DNA of 64,000 nt from Haliotis rubra (Eukaryota): NCBI RefSeq assembly GCF_003918875.1, contig NW_025767313.1, positions 372,001 to 436,000 on the forward strand. The letters run 5' to 3'. Within the stretch, counting starts at the first letter, position 1. Each line of letters begins with the position of its first letter. Under the pieces are notes generated by a model. It did no database searches. It was not told where the DNA came from and saw only the letters and a list, made by a program, of their open reading frames with translations. Both the position numbers and the translations under genes were made by a program. Below, in pieces: positions 50,674 to 64,000 of the stretch.

Positions 50674-52701
50674 ATGAAAACCTGTTTTCGTTGTAGGTTT
50701 AGGTTCTCTGCTGCAGACCCGCATTTATTGTGCCCTAGCTGCACAACACCATGTACTTCCAGCTCTCGCTGCAACCTTTGTCAGCATTTAACCAATATTG
50801 AATTTAATAAATATATTTTCTGTGTACTTAGGCGTGCCAAAGACAAATCCAGGCGACTTTTTCAAGTCATGGATAAGCCGGCTGAGTCCCTCCCGTGTCA
50901 ACTGCTGTCAGACGACCCTCTTCCTTCCAGTGATCCGCCGGAGATATCCTCGGAGGATGGGCGTGGGACGTTGTCCGCCACTTTGAAGAAGAGGGCTGCC
51001 ACTTCGGACATCCAAGAAGAAGCCATCCTCCACGCCGAGACGGCCACACAACCCTAAGACGGCGAGCAGCTCTACGGGGACGTCTGCGCAGATGACTAGG
51101 ACTTTCTCGGCTGAGGAAAAGATGGTGGAGGAAAGAGGTGGAGGAAAGAGGTCTCTATGATGAGCCGCCGCTCATCATCCCGGAGATACATCGCCCCAAG
51201 AAGAAGCAGGCCTCAGCAACGGTAACATCAGCGCAGTTATCTACGCAGTCCGAGGTATCTACGCTGACGGCAGATGAGCGATCCCTGGACCATATCGCTA
51301 CCAACGCACAGAGGGCAGCTCATCTATCACCGCAGACATTCAACCCTGGGGCCTTCATGCAGCAGTTCCCGCAGCAGATAATGGAGATGATGGAGAGGCG
51401 CAGGAAAGAGATCGACAACCAGCCCTGGACACCACCCACAGAGAGGACCCAGACCTGCACAAAGGACCCACCGCCAACGACACATCGACACATCGGAGAG
51501 GCCTTCCATTGACAACCCAGATGAACAGCCTTCGCGAAGGTCTTCAGAGACCGTCTCAAGGACGTCATCAACATCTCACAAATTGTCAAGGGATTCGCCG
51601 AGGCATTCATGAACCAAGAGGCGCTCGCCTCGCCTCCGCGCAGATAAGCCCTACAAGCGCAGCTCTACAGGCTCATCTCCCGCGCGATCGCCGCGCGCGC
51701 GCAGGTGTCAGCGCAGGTCTCCACACAGATCCCCAGCGGAGGATGATCAACCATCCCAGATCAGCACCCCTTAAACAGAGGATGATGGAGGTATTATCTT
51801 CTCGGACGCAGAGATAAGATATTGGATGGCCAACGGACTGGAGTTAGCGTCACCCTCTAAAGAAGAGAATGCAGCACTCGCATTACCTGATGAAGGGCGA
51901 TGATGTCGACCACGATCACTCTACCGCCAATTGATCCCATCTCGGAAGTTCCAGAGAACTTGGACGCAGCCTTCATGAAAGCAACAAAATCCCAGGCGCC
52001 GAATATTCCACAGTTCAACGCTAAGAAGTTCTCTCTACACAATATGGACCCCTTCATGAAGGCACAAGAGATCAATTATAACTACAAGGTCATCAACGAC
52101 GCCCAGACCAAGTCTTATAAGATTGACGACAAAAAGCTGGCGCAGATAGAGAAGATGTCCAGAAGGATGTTCTTCAGCCTGAACAGATCCAGGGCAGTGA
52201 ATGAGACGCTCATCGCCAAGTTCAAGGACTCGACCGCAGAGGAGGACCGAAAGATCTACTCTGCTCTACTCATGCAGAAGAAAGACCAGCAGTTTATGAT
52301 GGACCATCTATCATCCATCTCAGCAGCGTTGACGTTGGCGAGACGAAGGACTACTGGCATCCTGCAACTAGAGCGAACGCTTCACAAAGTCGCTGTACAG
52401 AGCCCCATGGTCGACATCATCCATCTTCGCAGGGGAGATTGACGACGTCACCAAAGAAGTTACCAAAGACTCCAGAGAAGTCCTCATGATAAAGTCCATC
52501 GATACACTAGCCAGTGTCATCAGGCAGTCGTCCCAGCGCTACTCGGGCAAATCGAAGTTCGCAGGCATCCAGAAGGCAAGAGACAAGAAAATGAGCACCT
52601 TCAGAGGAGGGAAGGACTCTTTTCGTCGCCCAGCCGGTAACTATAGAGGACGACCCGGACGAGGCAGGGCACCCAGAGGCGCCAAGGATCAGAGACGATG
52701 A
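50674..52701 (+). pseudogene. DIRS ORF1 (gag-like), broken by stops/frameshifts
   Basis: Zn-finger-like N-terminus, fragmented ORFs 50653-51057, 51138-51512, 51900-52442, 52486-52701, and an Arg/Gly-rich C-terminus. Confidence 0.65.
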
Positions 52702-52759
52702 AGGAGGGGTTCGGAACGACTGGAGTCTTCCACCATCAGCCGTTCCTGTACAACCTTCA

Positions 52760-54431
52760 CAAGTGGGTGGACGTTTACAAAACTGCTGGGAGAACTGGTG
52801 AATTCTTCAAGATCCATTTGTATCCAGCATCCTAAGAGACGGATATCGCATACAACTACAAGCAACTCCGCCGTTGACAGACGAACCTCAGAAGTTCAAC
52901 TTTACGACCCATCGGACAGAGAGGCTACGAGAAGCGGTCACATATCTACTAGAGAAGGAAGCCATGGAAGTGGTGGACCAGGACCAGTTCTCACCAGGAT
53001 TCTACTCCCCAGTTTTCTAGTGCCAAAGAAAAACTCCAAAGAAAAGTTCCGACTCATCTACAACATGAGGGCCTTCAACAGAGATGATCTGCGCAGACCA
53101 CCAAAGTTCAGCATGATACATCTACCGAACTCCTACACCTCGTCCATCCGATGGACTACATGGCCAGCATAGATCTACAGGACGCCTACCTGCATATTCC
53201 TGTACATCCGGACTCAAGGAAGTACCTGAGGTTTATACTGGACGGACGACACTACCAATGGAAGGTCCTGCCATTTGGAATATCATCGGCCCCCTGTTTG
53301 TTTACAAGGGTGACGAAGCCCATAGTCACATACCTACATCATCGAGGTCTACGCAGTGCATTCTACCTAGACGATGGGATTCAAGTACATCAAAATCCCA
53401 AGCATCTCAGACTACAGACTGCTTACACAACTGGGGTGGCTAGTGAATCTCCTCAAGTCGGACCTAGAACCTACACAGGACCTGCAGTTCCTAGGAATCC
53501 GGTTCGTCACAACACAGAACCGCATAGTGGTACCAGAGGACCGACTACAACTACGCCCACTACAGCTCTTCATCAATGCTCATCTGGACGACCCGGAACA
53601 CTTCGGACTCCCGGACGCACTATGCCCATATCCACTATGGTGGACCCAGAGATCGAATGTTTGCGGAGGCACCTATTTAACAGAACCGGAGTGCAAGACG
53701 CATCTCTACGTGGACGCATCGCTCCAAGGCTGGGGAGCACATCTCGACGACGAAGTGTCAGGTGGGACATGGACCAAAGAGAGGAGAAAGATCTGCACAT
53801 CAACATGCTGGAAATGAAAGCAGTACTAAACGCCATACTCCACTGGACAAACATTCTGGAGAATGCTCATCTGATGGTGCATACGGACAACTCCACAGTG
53901 GCGTTCTACATAAACAGACAAGGATCGACAAGGTCGGCGAACCTCCTGGACCTCTGCTTTCAACTGTTCAGCATAACAGACAACCTGAACATCCACACAA
54001 GAGCATGCCACATTCCAGGAGCCAAGAATGTGATAGCAGACGCACTATCCCGTCCAACACAGCCATCCCCAACAGAATGGATGCTACATCCAGAGATCTT
54101 CAAGCAGATCATCCAAGAGATGGAAGTACCGCTAATAGACCTCTTCGCCAGGAGATTCAACAATCAACTGACAACATTCGTCTCACCAATACCAGATCCA
54201 CAAACATGGGCAACGGACGCTCTAAGCATCTCCTGGGAAGGACTAAACGCTTACGCGTTTCCACCACCAGCTCTAATACCGAGGGTGTTGCAGAAAATCA
54301 GCAGACCTACAACTGATTTTGGTCACGCCTTACTGGCCAGTGAGAATATGGTTCCCCATTCTCATACAAGAATTAGGACAACCTCAACAGGTATTCCGGC
54401 TACACGTGTGGACTGTATCAAGGCGTGCTAG
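52760..54431 (+). pseudogene. DIRS RT / RNase H / methyltransferase-like ORF (frameshifted); 5' boundary approximate
   Basis: Motifs distributed over ORFs 52798-53172 (FLVPKK...FRLIYN), 53151-54431 and 53374-53817. Confidence 0.88.
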
Positions 54432-55470
54432 AGCAAGAGAGGATATTCCACCAGGGCAGCGAAAGCAGTCACACTAGCTCTACGCAAGTCTACACGCACC
54501 TTGTACGACGACAAGTGGCGAAGTTTCGAGACAAACGCTGCGAGGAACGGCTTTACAGCCATAAAGGCGACACACCCTCAAGTGGCGGACTACCTTTGTC
54601 ACCTACGACAAACGAAGCGGTTAAAAGGGTCAACACTCTCAACATACCTAGCGGCATTGAGCTCAGTCATCACCATGAGGACGAGTGCAAAACTGACGAA
54701 AGTACCAGAGTTACTGGCCTTACTACGCTCTTTTAAATTGGAGGACCAACAACAGAGATTCAAAGCTCCGGCGTGGGACCTCAACGTAGTTCTACGACAT
54801 CTCACCAGTGACGTCTACGAACCATTAGAGAGGACATCCTTCGAGTTCTTGACGCAGAAGACGCTGTTCCTGATCGCCTTAGCAACAGCAGCAAGGATGT
54901 CGGAAATACATGCTCTGGACTTTGAGAGAACACGATTTGATGAAAATCAAAATACCGTGCATATGGGACTGAGATGGGACTTCATCGCAAAGAATCAACT
55001 GCCAGGTCAACCAGACAGACAATTCCACGACCCAGCACTATCATCAGTCCTTGGACCACAGGATACGCAGGACCTATCCTTGTGCCCAGTAAGAGCATTG
55101 AAAGTCTACCTACAAAGATCCAGGACCAGGAGACGGAAATTCAAGCGTCTTTCGTCCCGATATCGACAGCGACACAGACGGAGGTCTCCCGCACTACGAT
55201 ATCAATCTGGATCAGAACTGTCATACTACGGGCCTACAAAGCAGCAGGACTCAATCCTCCAAGAGCCTCCAACCCACACGAAGTTAGAGCTCTGGCGTCA
55301 ACACTCGCTCTACATGGGAATTGCTCTATCAGGACGATAATGGAGATTCTGGAAATCAGACATGGTGTTTGCCAACCATTACCTGAGGGACATCGCCACC
55401 GAGGACGTCTCCGGCATTCACCATTTCGGCCCGCTGGTTGTTGCACAACAGTTGACAGTCCCTCAAAGGC
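54432..55470 (+). pseudogene. DIRS tyrosine recombinase ORF (frameshifted); boundaries approximate
   Basis: ORF 54501-55340 (WDLNVVL, KTLFLIALATAARMSEIHAL, LCPVRAL) continues in another frame (HEVRALAST), with the catalytic Tyr region VFANHYLRD in a third. Confidence 0.88.
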
Positions 55471-58400
55471 TCTGAGACGAAGTCACGCCCTTTTTATCAC
55501 ATGACTTGCAAAAGCCTACACTCGGAAGAGTTCAGCTTTTGAGTCTATATGCACGTCTAAGGACAGACTAGCAGAAGTGATATGACCCAGTACTTGTAAG
55601 GATACTCGTACAGGAAAGGGTCGCTTCTCCACTTGATGCTTGCATCAAGAGATGGAGTCGCAAAATCCACATAAAATGTTAACAGAAGCCAGGACCAAAA
55701 TTTAACAATTGTGGTCCCCCCGTCAGAGACAGCTGGAAGTACAGGGTTACAGCAGCAGCAGCAGAGACTAGCAGTAAAATAGAAGTGCCAACAAGAAGTT
55801 CCCATAGGGGGGTATATAAGACGTAAATCACTACATGAAATCCAGAAGTAGCTTGACCCACCACCAAATCCGACGGATTCTACAAGCAATAAGCATGAGT
55901 CAGGATAAGGAAAAATATGTAATTTTCTGAATAAAATTGATATTTTATACTTATCCTGACTCATGCTTACTGCTTGTCTCCTTCCTCTTGCGAACGTTAG
56001 TGGAACACTTGTATCTTCTATTGAAGCTCCCTTCAATAAAAACAGACGTAAAATCACTACTCACCATGAGTTATCTGTCTGGCCGTTTTGGCGGGAAAAG
56101 TGGCGCCACCGCTCCCACATGCTTCACTCTCTCCGAATTATGAGCCCGACACTTTAATTTGCAGGGAAATCCAAAGTGTCTAGTGGGGAGGTTGGGAGGG
56201 CTTACCTCATGAGTCAGGATAAGTATAAAATATCAATTTTATTCAGAAAATTACATATTGGATCAGGCCAGTTAAGGAAACTGTCAGTTCATATAACCTT
56301 ATATCCATTTATCAGCATGGCAGATGTTGCATGGTTTATTGTTCTTTATGCAGTACCAGATACAATGTTGGCTATGTATACATGTGTACATGTACTTGAC
56401 TACATGTGTAATAGGTAGGAATGTAACATTTTAGAACACATTACTTATTGGAACAGGCACAACTAGGCAGTGCTTTTAGCACCTGCCTCCCATGCAGACC
56501 CACAGTGAGTAGCCATAGCACATCCTGAAAGCCATCTGAGAAGCAACAAATCCCTCCACTTCAGTTAAAGTTGCTTTTAAGACCCAGTTATGCATCACTC
56601 GTATGATGTTATTTTATGATTGATCTGAAGTTGGAACTTAGGTATGCTGATCTTAAGGCGTTGGAAATAATTTACGCACATTATGTTTGAAAATACATCA
56701 GCCATGTTTGTTCCCAAATGACGTGTATCAGCAAACAAGGTGTATGTAACGCGGCTTCAGCCGTAAGTTATGCTTTTAATTACTTCCAGTGTCAGTCCCG
56801 TAACTACATGGCCAAACATTCGACGTAAAATAGTGATCCATTAACCAATTGATTGACTCCTGTTGCTGTTATACGCAATATTCCAGCTATAAGATGGCAG
56901 CCTAATAACAGTCATGTCCCTGCCATCCTAACCAGCCGTCGGTTATGTTGACACGCGATCCACAAAGTCCACGAGTCTGCCTTACGATCCATCCCATCCC
57001 AGTACTGGTGACCAAATCAAACGCGAAATCATAACGTTATGCATTTGTTAGCTGTGAAAACTATCCAGTACGCAAATCCCATAGATCAGATGTACTCAAC
57101 AAACAGTTAAAGGTCACATAAACCCTAGGGGGGTACAAATACATAAATCACTAACTGGCATCGTTATAAATGAAACCCCGTCATTAAAACTACTCATTTC
57201 GACCTTTAATTGACTTAAATCGACCTTTTTGACAACAGTGCACAATTCTCACCCGCGAACGAAATTTCAACCAATCAGAGCGGCGCGCCTCTGTGACGTC
57301 ATATGAGGAATAGCTTTGAGAGCCGATGCAGAATTCATCTACATTTTAGGGGGGTAAATTATCGTGTTTACAGGCTTGTATAAACCTGAAATCGTGACAA
57401 TTGTTGTGGAAAATGAAAGCTATATGTTCTCACAATCTACTGTCATTTAATTTTGTCTCCTGCTTTGCCTAGTTTCCGAGTTACAACTTGTTTTCATAGA
57501 CGATTCTGTCAAAATCGATTGGTGTCGTTAGGCCCTATTTGTATAATGACTGATCCAAATTGATCCCATTTCTGTGTTGTTTTACCTCGATATTTAATCA
57601 TGTCATGTAAAAATCTGTTTGTATTCTCAAAACAGTGTCGGCCCATAAGTTTTCACATGCAATACAGCAATTAATACTCCCTCGTTGTAACCCGTGTTAG
57701 GTGGTATAAACCTACACATGTTATTTGTCATCATTCACTTGATGGTCAGTTAATGAATTTATAACAGGTATAATTAGTGGTAACACACTTAGATTACCCG
57801 ACAAAGGTTCCCATTTGGCATTTCTTGTGTCTGGAGTAAATATTCAACATTATAAACATCGATCAAAGGATTAACCGATAACACGCTGATTGATTAATTA
57901 CTTTTATCTTACACAGCGGAATTGTCAAAAGGTAGTGTTTATGTATGTAGATTTACTAATCTATACTGAATACACTCTGTCGTGTCGGTGTCTGCGTAAA
58001 AACAACGTCCTTCTTCAAAGGATTAACCGGCAATACATTGATTGATTGCCCATTATTGGCTAACTAAATTACTGTTTTTAAAGAAAGGCGGACATTATGC
58101 AATTAGTTGCCAGGTGTGCTATCTTGGGTGACCAATGAGACTATACACCAATACCTGAAAAGATTTATCACTTTTCGTATATTAAACTGTTAAAAGACAC
58201 ATCATTTGGAACAGTTTTGTGGATATTGATGGATACATTCCTCGAACAAGGTAATGGCCTGATATTGTTCCTATAACTTTAATCTGTTTTAATTTTAATA
58301 TTTGCATTTTGTTTTTATTCATTTGTCGTAGCATTCAACAGAATCATTGATTTCGCCGTGAAGTGTAATGAGACAGACAACATGCACTAGGGTGTGTGTG

Positions 58401-59173
58401 CGAATTATGATTCACATTGGCAAACTATAAAATGTCTAGATATTACAGTTCTGTTATAAATTCACTATAAGTATCAGCAGATCGTCTCCTTTTTATTTAG
58501 TTTCAAAATGCATACAAGTGTGATAATAAACTAATTAGGATTATAAGACCAAATATAAAGACGCACATTGACTAGTATCTACATACTGGTGAGTGGACAT
58601 TAACCATGGGAATGTAGCAAGAAATTTATCGCGCAGTATTGTGACTTCGACCCCCACCTCGCTTCCGTGGAAGAAATCGTTATGTTATAAGTTGTGTCAT
58701 GCAAAATCCGTTTGGTTATGATTCCAATACATATTTAACAATGAGTAGAAAGTAGTCTTGATTTTCTAACTTGATGAAAACAAACTATAATCTCATTAAT
58801 TCTAACAGATTTTTTATTTTTAAAAATGGCGGCGCCCTATCGGGAACATCCGCCAGTCTGAGGATAAATGGTATTTAGGTTTGTTTTCACCGAGTTACAA
58901 AATCAAAACTACTTTCTACTGGTAGTAAAATATGTATTTTATTGATGGCCAATAGGATTTTGCATGACATAGCGTATATCATAACAATTTCTCTCGTGGC
59001 AGCGAGGTGGGTCAATCAATATAATACTACTTACAATATTATTGTTACTTCGACCACAACCTCAGTTCCGAGGAAGAAATCGTTATGTTACAAGTTGTGT
59101 CATAGAAAATCTTTATGGTCATCAATCGTATGCATATTTTACTACAACTAGTAAGTAGTTTTGATTCTTTAAC

Positions 59174-59348
59174 TTCCGTGAAGCGATCTGAACACAAGTA
59201 AGATATCGTTTCAGGCTTCCACAACGCTCGCTTCGCACTCACAAACATAACCCATTTAGCACGAACTGCGGGTCCTGTGGAAATCTGTGCATGGGGACAC
59301 CATCGCCCGACCCTAGGAGCAATTGACGACAAAGCAACGATTCGGCAT
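59174..59348 (-). pseudogene. Degenerate THAP zinc-finger coding remnant, probably from a DNA transposon
   Basis: With one stop and two frameshifts it reads MPNRCFVVNCS...DGVPMHRFPQDP-AVRAKWVMFV...WKP...YLCSDRFTE, matching the THAP C-x4-C, HxFP, W and LCSxHF pattern (last His mutated). Confidence 0.6.
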
Positions 59349-60104
59349 GTCGTCGTTGATGTCGAAATCATCAAAATGATGAGCGCGGCTACACATTTCT
59401 CTACAACTAACTGAAAATCGTTCCTAATATGACGTCACTGCAGTGCTCTGGCGACAGAGTTACGTAACCTGTCTGTGGTTTCGTTGGCGGGCGAGAGGAA
59501 GCAGGCGACTTTTGGCCACTTTTGATCGCTCGGTATTAATTAACCACAAGTTTTAAAGAATAAATTTGGTGTTCCGCATAAGACTAACCACAAATCTTTC
59601 ATATGTAAAAACAAAGTTTAGTGGTTCTTTAAGAACAATTGGCACGTTGAATAAACTGATGAAAAGTCGCTTAATATGTAATTATGATAGGCCGTTGCTC
59701 TTACGAGCTCGGCCGTAAGGCGCCTTGCAACAGACGGCATTCAGCTGGTTGTTATTGGGAAGCAGGGTAGATGTAAACGTCAGCTTGGTCGCTGTCTGAA
59801 CACTGCTGACACATAATTTACTGGCAGACTGTGGGATAGGGGGAACGGGCAAATTGGTTTCCTGCTTCTGACCAGACTCTGGCCGTCCGACGAAACCAAC
59901 AGTTTTACAAAACCGTCAGGTCCCCTTTGTGGGGTTCAGGGAGGAATATGTTTAGACTACCACCAGACACTAGATCAGCTTGGAGGTAGTCATCATGCAA
60001 CCAGTCCTGCCATACATTGCTAAAATACTTCCGCATCTACTCAGTCGTATCCTTGTCATCATCCCCGAGTCTGCAGAACAACACCCTGGTGATATGCAAC
60101 ATTT

Positions 60105-60328
60105 GTTGTTAGACGCTGCACTCCTCAGTATCCCAGTTATATGACGGTAGTATGCAAATAATCGAATCTGACAAGACAATCCAGTGATTGATGTCATAAG
60201 CATTGATCTACGTATACTGGGATATGGTGACATTCATGAGTTAATGTCAGCAAGCCTGACCACCCGATTCCTTTAGTCACCTGTTAGGAACTTGTATTGC
60301 TGGTGATTAATTATAACCGGGTCTTCAT
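60105..60328 (-). mobile_element. SINE-like family B, diverged
   Basis: ...GACAATCCAGTGAT...AAGCCTGACCACCCGATTCC...TTAGTCACC. Confidence 0.7.
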
Positions 60329-60380
60329 TGTTACCCGATAATATGCAGTCACGTATTTAATGTTTTAGTCACTTCATTAA

Positions 60381-60547
60381 GGGGGCGGTGGGGTAGCCTA
60401 ATGGTTAAAGCGTCCGCTCGTCACTCTGAAGACCCGAGTTCAATTCCCCACATGGATACAATGTGTGAAGCCCATTTCTGGTGTCCCCCGCCGTGATATG
60501 GCTGGAATATTGCTCAAAGAGGCGTAAAACCACACTCACTCACTCAC
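60381..60547 (+). mobile_element. SINE family A
   Basis: Same consensus; TSD TCACTTCATT. Confidence 0.88.
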
Positions 60548-61501
60548 TTCATTGAGATGTAACTGGCCTGCAATATGAGATGCCGGTTTGAATGAACTAT
60601 GTTTGCAAAGATGTTACTAAACTTTTAGGTAAGAGAAAGGCAGTATGCACAGGAAAAAGTGGATGTGATCAATAGTTTACAAACATTATCAAAGCGTTAC
60701 TGGACCAAAACACTCATATCGTTTGGTCCCAAATACATCTGTGATACTTGTATCAAACACAACACTATCGAATGACTATGTATTTCCTGTTTGTTTCCTC
60801 TTCAGCTACGATCAACATGGGAGTATATACCACATTTTATCTAGTTATAACATAACTATAAAGCGCTATGAGAGCTTCATCACTTTAACAATGCATAGGA
60901 ACGAATTGTTTCACAGAGTCATTCACTAACACTAAGCACAAGACTCAGCAAGTTTTCACAATATGAATCTGGTATCTGAATCACAGACCCACTGGTTCTA
61001 ACTATCTCCCCGAGTTATGGTTTACGAATTCAGTGACAACTCGAGTGAAGCCAGTCCAGTTGGCAGAACTCACATTGATTGTTTGCTTCTGACATGAAAG
61101 TGACACCCCTCCCTGTGAAAATGGACCAGCTAAATAGGTCACTTCTAAGATAAGCGTATTGCTTTGAAATGAACTACTTTAGTATATCAAAACTAATGTA
61201 TTTTAGAAACTAGATCTGAAGCCAAATCGTGAATGGATTTCTCAGCTTCTCTAAGATTGCTCTCTTCCCTTCGTTTTCATCAGTCCAGATTACATTAACG
61301 CTCGCCATGTACTAAGTGACTGGCTCACTTTATAGCACTTCTACAAAATATGTTTACTTTACTTTATTCATGAGTCATTTACACGGATATATACAATAAG
61401 CCACTCCCTTCGCACAAATATACATTGCTCGACAATGATTTCTCCCTACCAACAGGTGGCGCTCGAAGCGGCAGGTTCCCTGGCACCGCGATTCTACTGC
61501 T

Positions 61502-63199
61502 ATGTCAGATGACAGAATAAAACGATATGAAAAAATCGACTTTCTGGGCGAAGGACAGGTTAATGAATCGAGAATAAATATATAATGCTAATATCTTATC
61601 TTAGAATATAGATTAACTGTCTTGAATGTGATGCAATCTCTTAGAGACGAGTAGCTATGCTGACGGTTTGAGCACCCATGCATTCATTTATTCGTTGTAT
61701 GATAAACAGAACAGCTCCTAGACGTTGAAACGGATGGAGTAAACCCATAATGTTCTAAACTGACACACTATGACAGAGTTATGTATCATTTAGAATGTAA
61801 ATCTCACTATAACCCTACAATGACCTCAATCATTTTAGTGTGTACCTTGGCTGTAAATTGATTTGCCTTTGCAATTTACAGTTTGCCACAGTTTACAAGG
61901 CCAGGGACACGCAAAGCGGAGATATTGTAGCAGTAAAAAAGGTAATTCAAGACATTATAAAAAGGAGATGTATATGCCTGATGAATAGTTCGTTGATAAG
62001 TCATGTGTAGCCAGTTTTCCCATAAGAATATGAAAATAAACATGTCGGGACATGGCCTGTATGCCACTTTCTGAAGTGCTTCTCATATAACTTATTTGCA
62101 TCAAGTTAGACATAGTAGTAACAGGTACTTGATGATCTGTACCCTTGGGGATGGAGACAGTGTAAATGGATAACTCACACGTGAAATTCTCATCAGATTT
62201 GTACCTGTGTTTTGGAGCATACATACCTTTTCTGATCGACCCATACCACAGTTTCTAAAAAAATTGCTGTGACCTCATTTCTGATATTTTGATTAGAATC
62301 AGAATGAATTTCCTTGATTTGACAGTGTCACTACAAAGTCCTCAGTCACAAACATCACTACTGGGTCATTTATGTAATTAAGTTTAATGAATTTTAGAAT
62401 AAAGTTCAAATCAGATTTATTTTCATTTGGGTACAGGTCTGCCAACAAATCTCCATGGGTGCAGATTGTCCAGTTCCTATATTAACCAATGTGAGAACCT
62501 TATCAATGGCTTCATGATGAGCTTGATAACTGTACTCATTTTCTGTAACCCACATGTCTAGTATACCACTTCCAAACAGAACAATGCACATTTGACGACA
62601 GTCATAGCTTCAATATTATAAGTTATTTTTCAGACAGGTTCTTAGATCTACTTCACAGTGCAAGTCTATTTAAGTCATGGTATATATGTCGAGTCATGTT
62701 ACATGTGTTGTGACTATCCTCAGATCAAGGTGGGAACAAGAGCAGAGGCAGCTGATGGCATCAATAGGACAGCTCTCAGGGAGATCAAACTCCTTCAGGA
62801 ACTCAGTCACAAACACATCATTGGGGTAGGCAAGCCTTTGTGTTCCAGCTAGCATTTGTAAACACACTGTGACAACCAATTCTCAGTTCAGTCATTATTG
62901 AGTTCAATTGTTATGGGTTACAGCACTGTTCCACACCATGAAGCTTATTGGGGAATAATGATGTAAAAATACATTTCAGATAAGAAAAATCTAAATCTGA
63001 TGCCGATAGTTGCTTCTTCTGACCTTAATAATCATGGTAATTTCATTTTGTTTCACCCAAATCTGTAGTGTGAAGAAAAACAAAATGTATTGGGGTACAT
63101 ATTTCTATGATTTAACCTTCTGTGTTTCAGCTCCTGGATGTTTTTGGTCAGAAGTCCAATGTTAGCCTGGTGTTCGACTTCATGGAAACCGATCTTGAG
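61502..63199 (+). CDS. CDK7: Cyclin-dependent kinase 7 (CAK/TFIIH kinase), first four coding exons; gene continues beyond the window
   Basis: Exons 61502-61558 ([19 protein letters not shown]), 61882-61941 (FATVYKARD...VAVKK), 62724-62825 ([17 protein letters not shown]; NRTALRE is the CDK7 signature), 63131-63199 ([23 protein letters not shown]). Confidence 0.95.
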
Positions 63200-64000
63200 G
63201 TCAGTGATAAACGTCTGGGTATTACCTACCAGCAGTTGTCATATCAGGAAAACCCTCTCACATTTTTCAGCACCCATTATACAGAGGTACAGATAAGCTG
63301 CGTTTCTGCGTAAATTACGCAAATATATATGTGAAAACTCAATTCCTATTATGTATATTGCGTACAAGTATGCTTCAATTTTTGTAAATACTCAATAAAT
63401 TTGATCTTACATGCATACAAACAAAAAAGATAAAATAACTGAGGTATATTGAGAGGTTCTATTTCAGCACATGAACTTGGCAACTTGCAGTCTTTCTGAT
63501 CGTTTGTCATATTACAGATCAAATACACATAACAAACACGTAAACCAACATTTAAACTTGATTATATTTTTACAATTAATGGAAAATGGCAAAATACCCA
63601 ATTGAGTTTGAGTGCGGTCGGTACAATTTATTTGGTTACTAAAAGCAAAATTAGGATACCCAATTGAGAAGAACACAAACGAGTACATAACTCAATGACT
63701 CAACAAGTTATCTGTAGCTCTGATTATAACGTGTTCTCTATGAGTTAAAATATCCATAATTTAAGACTAAATTCTACCAGGAAAGTTCACCTAAAGACTG
63801 GTTCAACCCGCCAGACAAATATGTATTTGGCACTAACTGCATGGTAAATACGGTAAAGACACATATTCTTAACAAGTTAAAATATCAGATTTTCGATTGA
63901 TTTGTTGCTCTTACATTTGCCAGTGGGGAACTTTTACATTAATAAGCTTTTGACTGTCCTGGAGGTAGATTGTGGCTAATGGGAGAGTGCTTTATATTGC

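Larger units (their letters stand above)
50289..56257 (+). mobile_element. DIRS1-like tyrosine-recombinase retrotransposon, full length but decayed
   Basis: Gag-like ORF with Cys/His-rich N-terminus (MKTCFRC...DPHLLCPSC...RCNLC, ATG 50674). RT (SIDLQDAYLHIP, LPFG, YLDD). RNase H (DASLQGWGA, HINMLEMKAV, TDNSTV, NVIADALSR). Methyltransferase-like domain (IDLFA...AYAFPP). Tyrosine recombinase (RMSEIHAL, LCPVRAL, HEVRA, FANHY). Internal complementary region 55882-55965 matches both termini; no TSD; several stops and frameshifts. Confidence 0.93.

Noticed and set aside
59852-59900. Hammerhead ribozyme-like TTGGTTTC...CTGACCA...GAAACCAA
   Set aside because: The core is CTGACCA rather than CTGANGA, and stems I and II do not form.

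Overview
Eukaryotic (animal) genomic DNA, AT-rich, with spliceosomal introns and one N-gap (10600-10763). The SINE landscape and gene style suggest a lophotrochozoan, probably a gastropod mollusc; that is an inference only. Four host genes were assembled by hand from splice sites. (1) A monofunctional peptidylglycine alpha-hydroxylating monooxygenase (PHM; +, 12 exons, 6765-14477). (2) DNAAF4/DYX1C1 (-, 11 exons, 40670-27458), which has a U12-type minor intron, a tandemly duplicated exon 2 and an array of duplicated splice acceptors. (3) STOML2 (+, 11 exons, 43176-48619), head-to-head with DNAAF4. (4) The 5' part of CDK7 (+, from 61502, running off the window). Mobile DNA includes a decayed full-length DIRS-like tyrosine-recombinase retrotransposon with unusual termini, a decayed IS630-Tc1-mariner element with DD83E spacing (Sailor-like), a THAP remnant, MITEs and at least three SINE families. 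There are also minisatellites with 47, 33, 43, 38, 30 and 55 bp units. Most ORFs in the supplied track are spurious or repeat-derived. I found no clearly new multi-gene system; the best leads concern splicing and mobile-element architecture.
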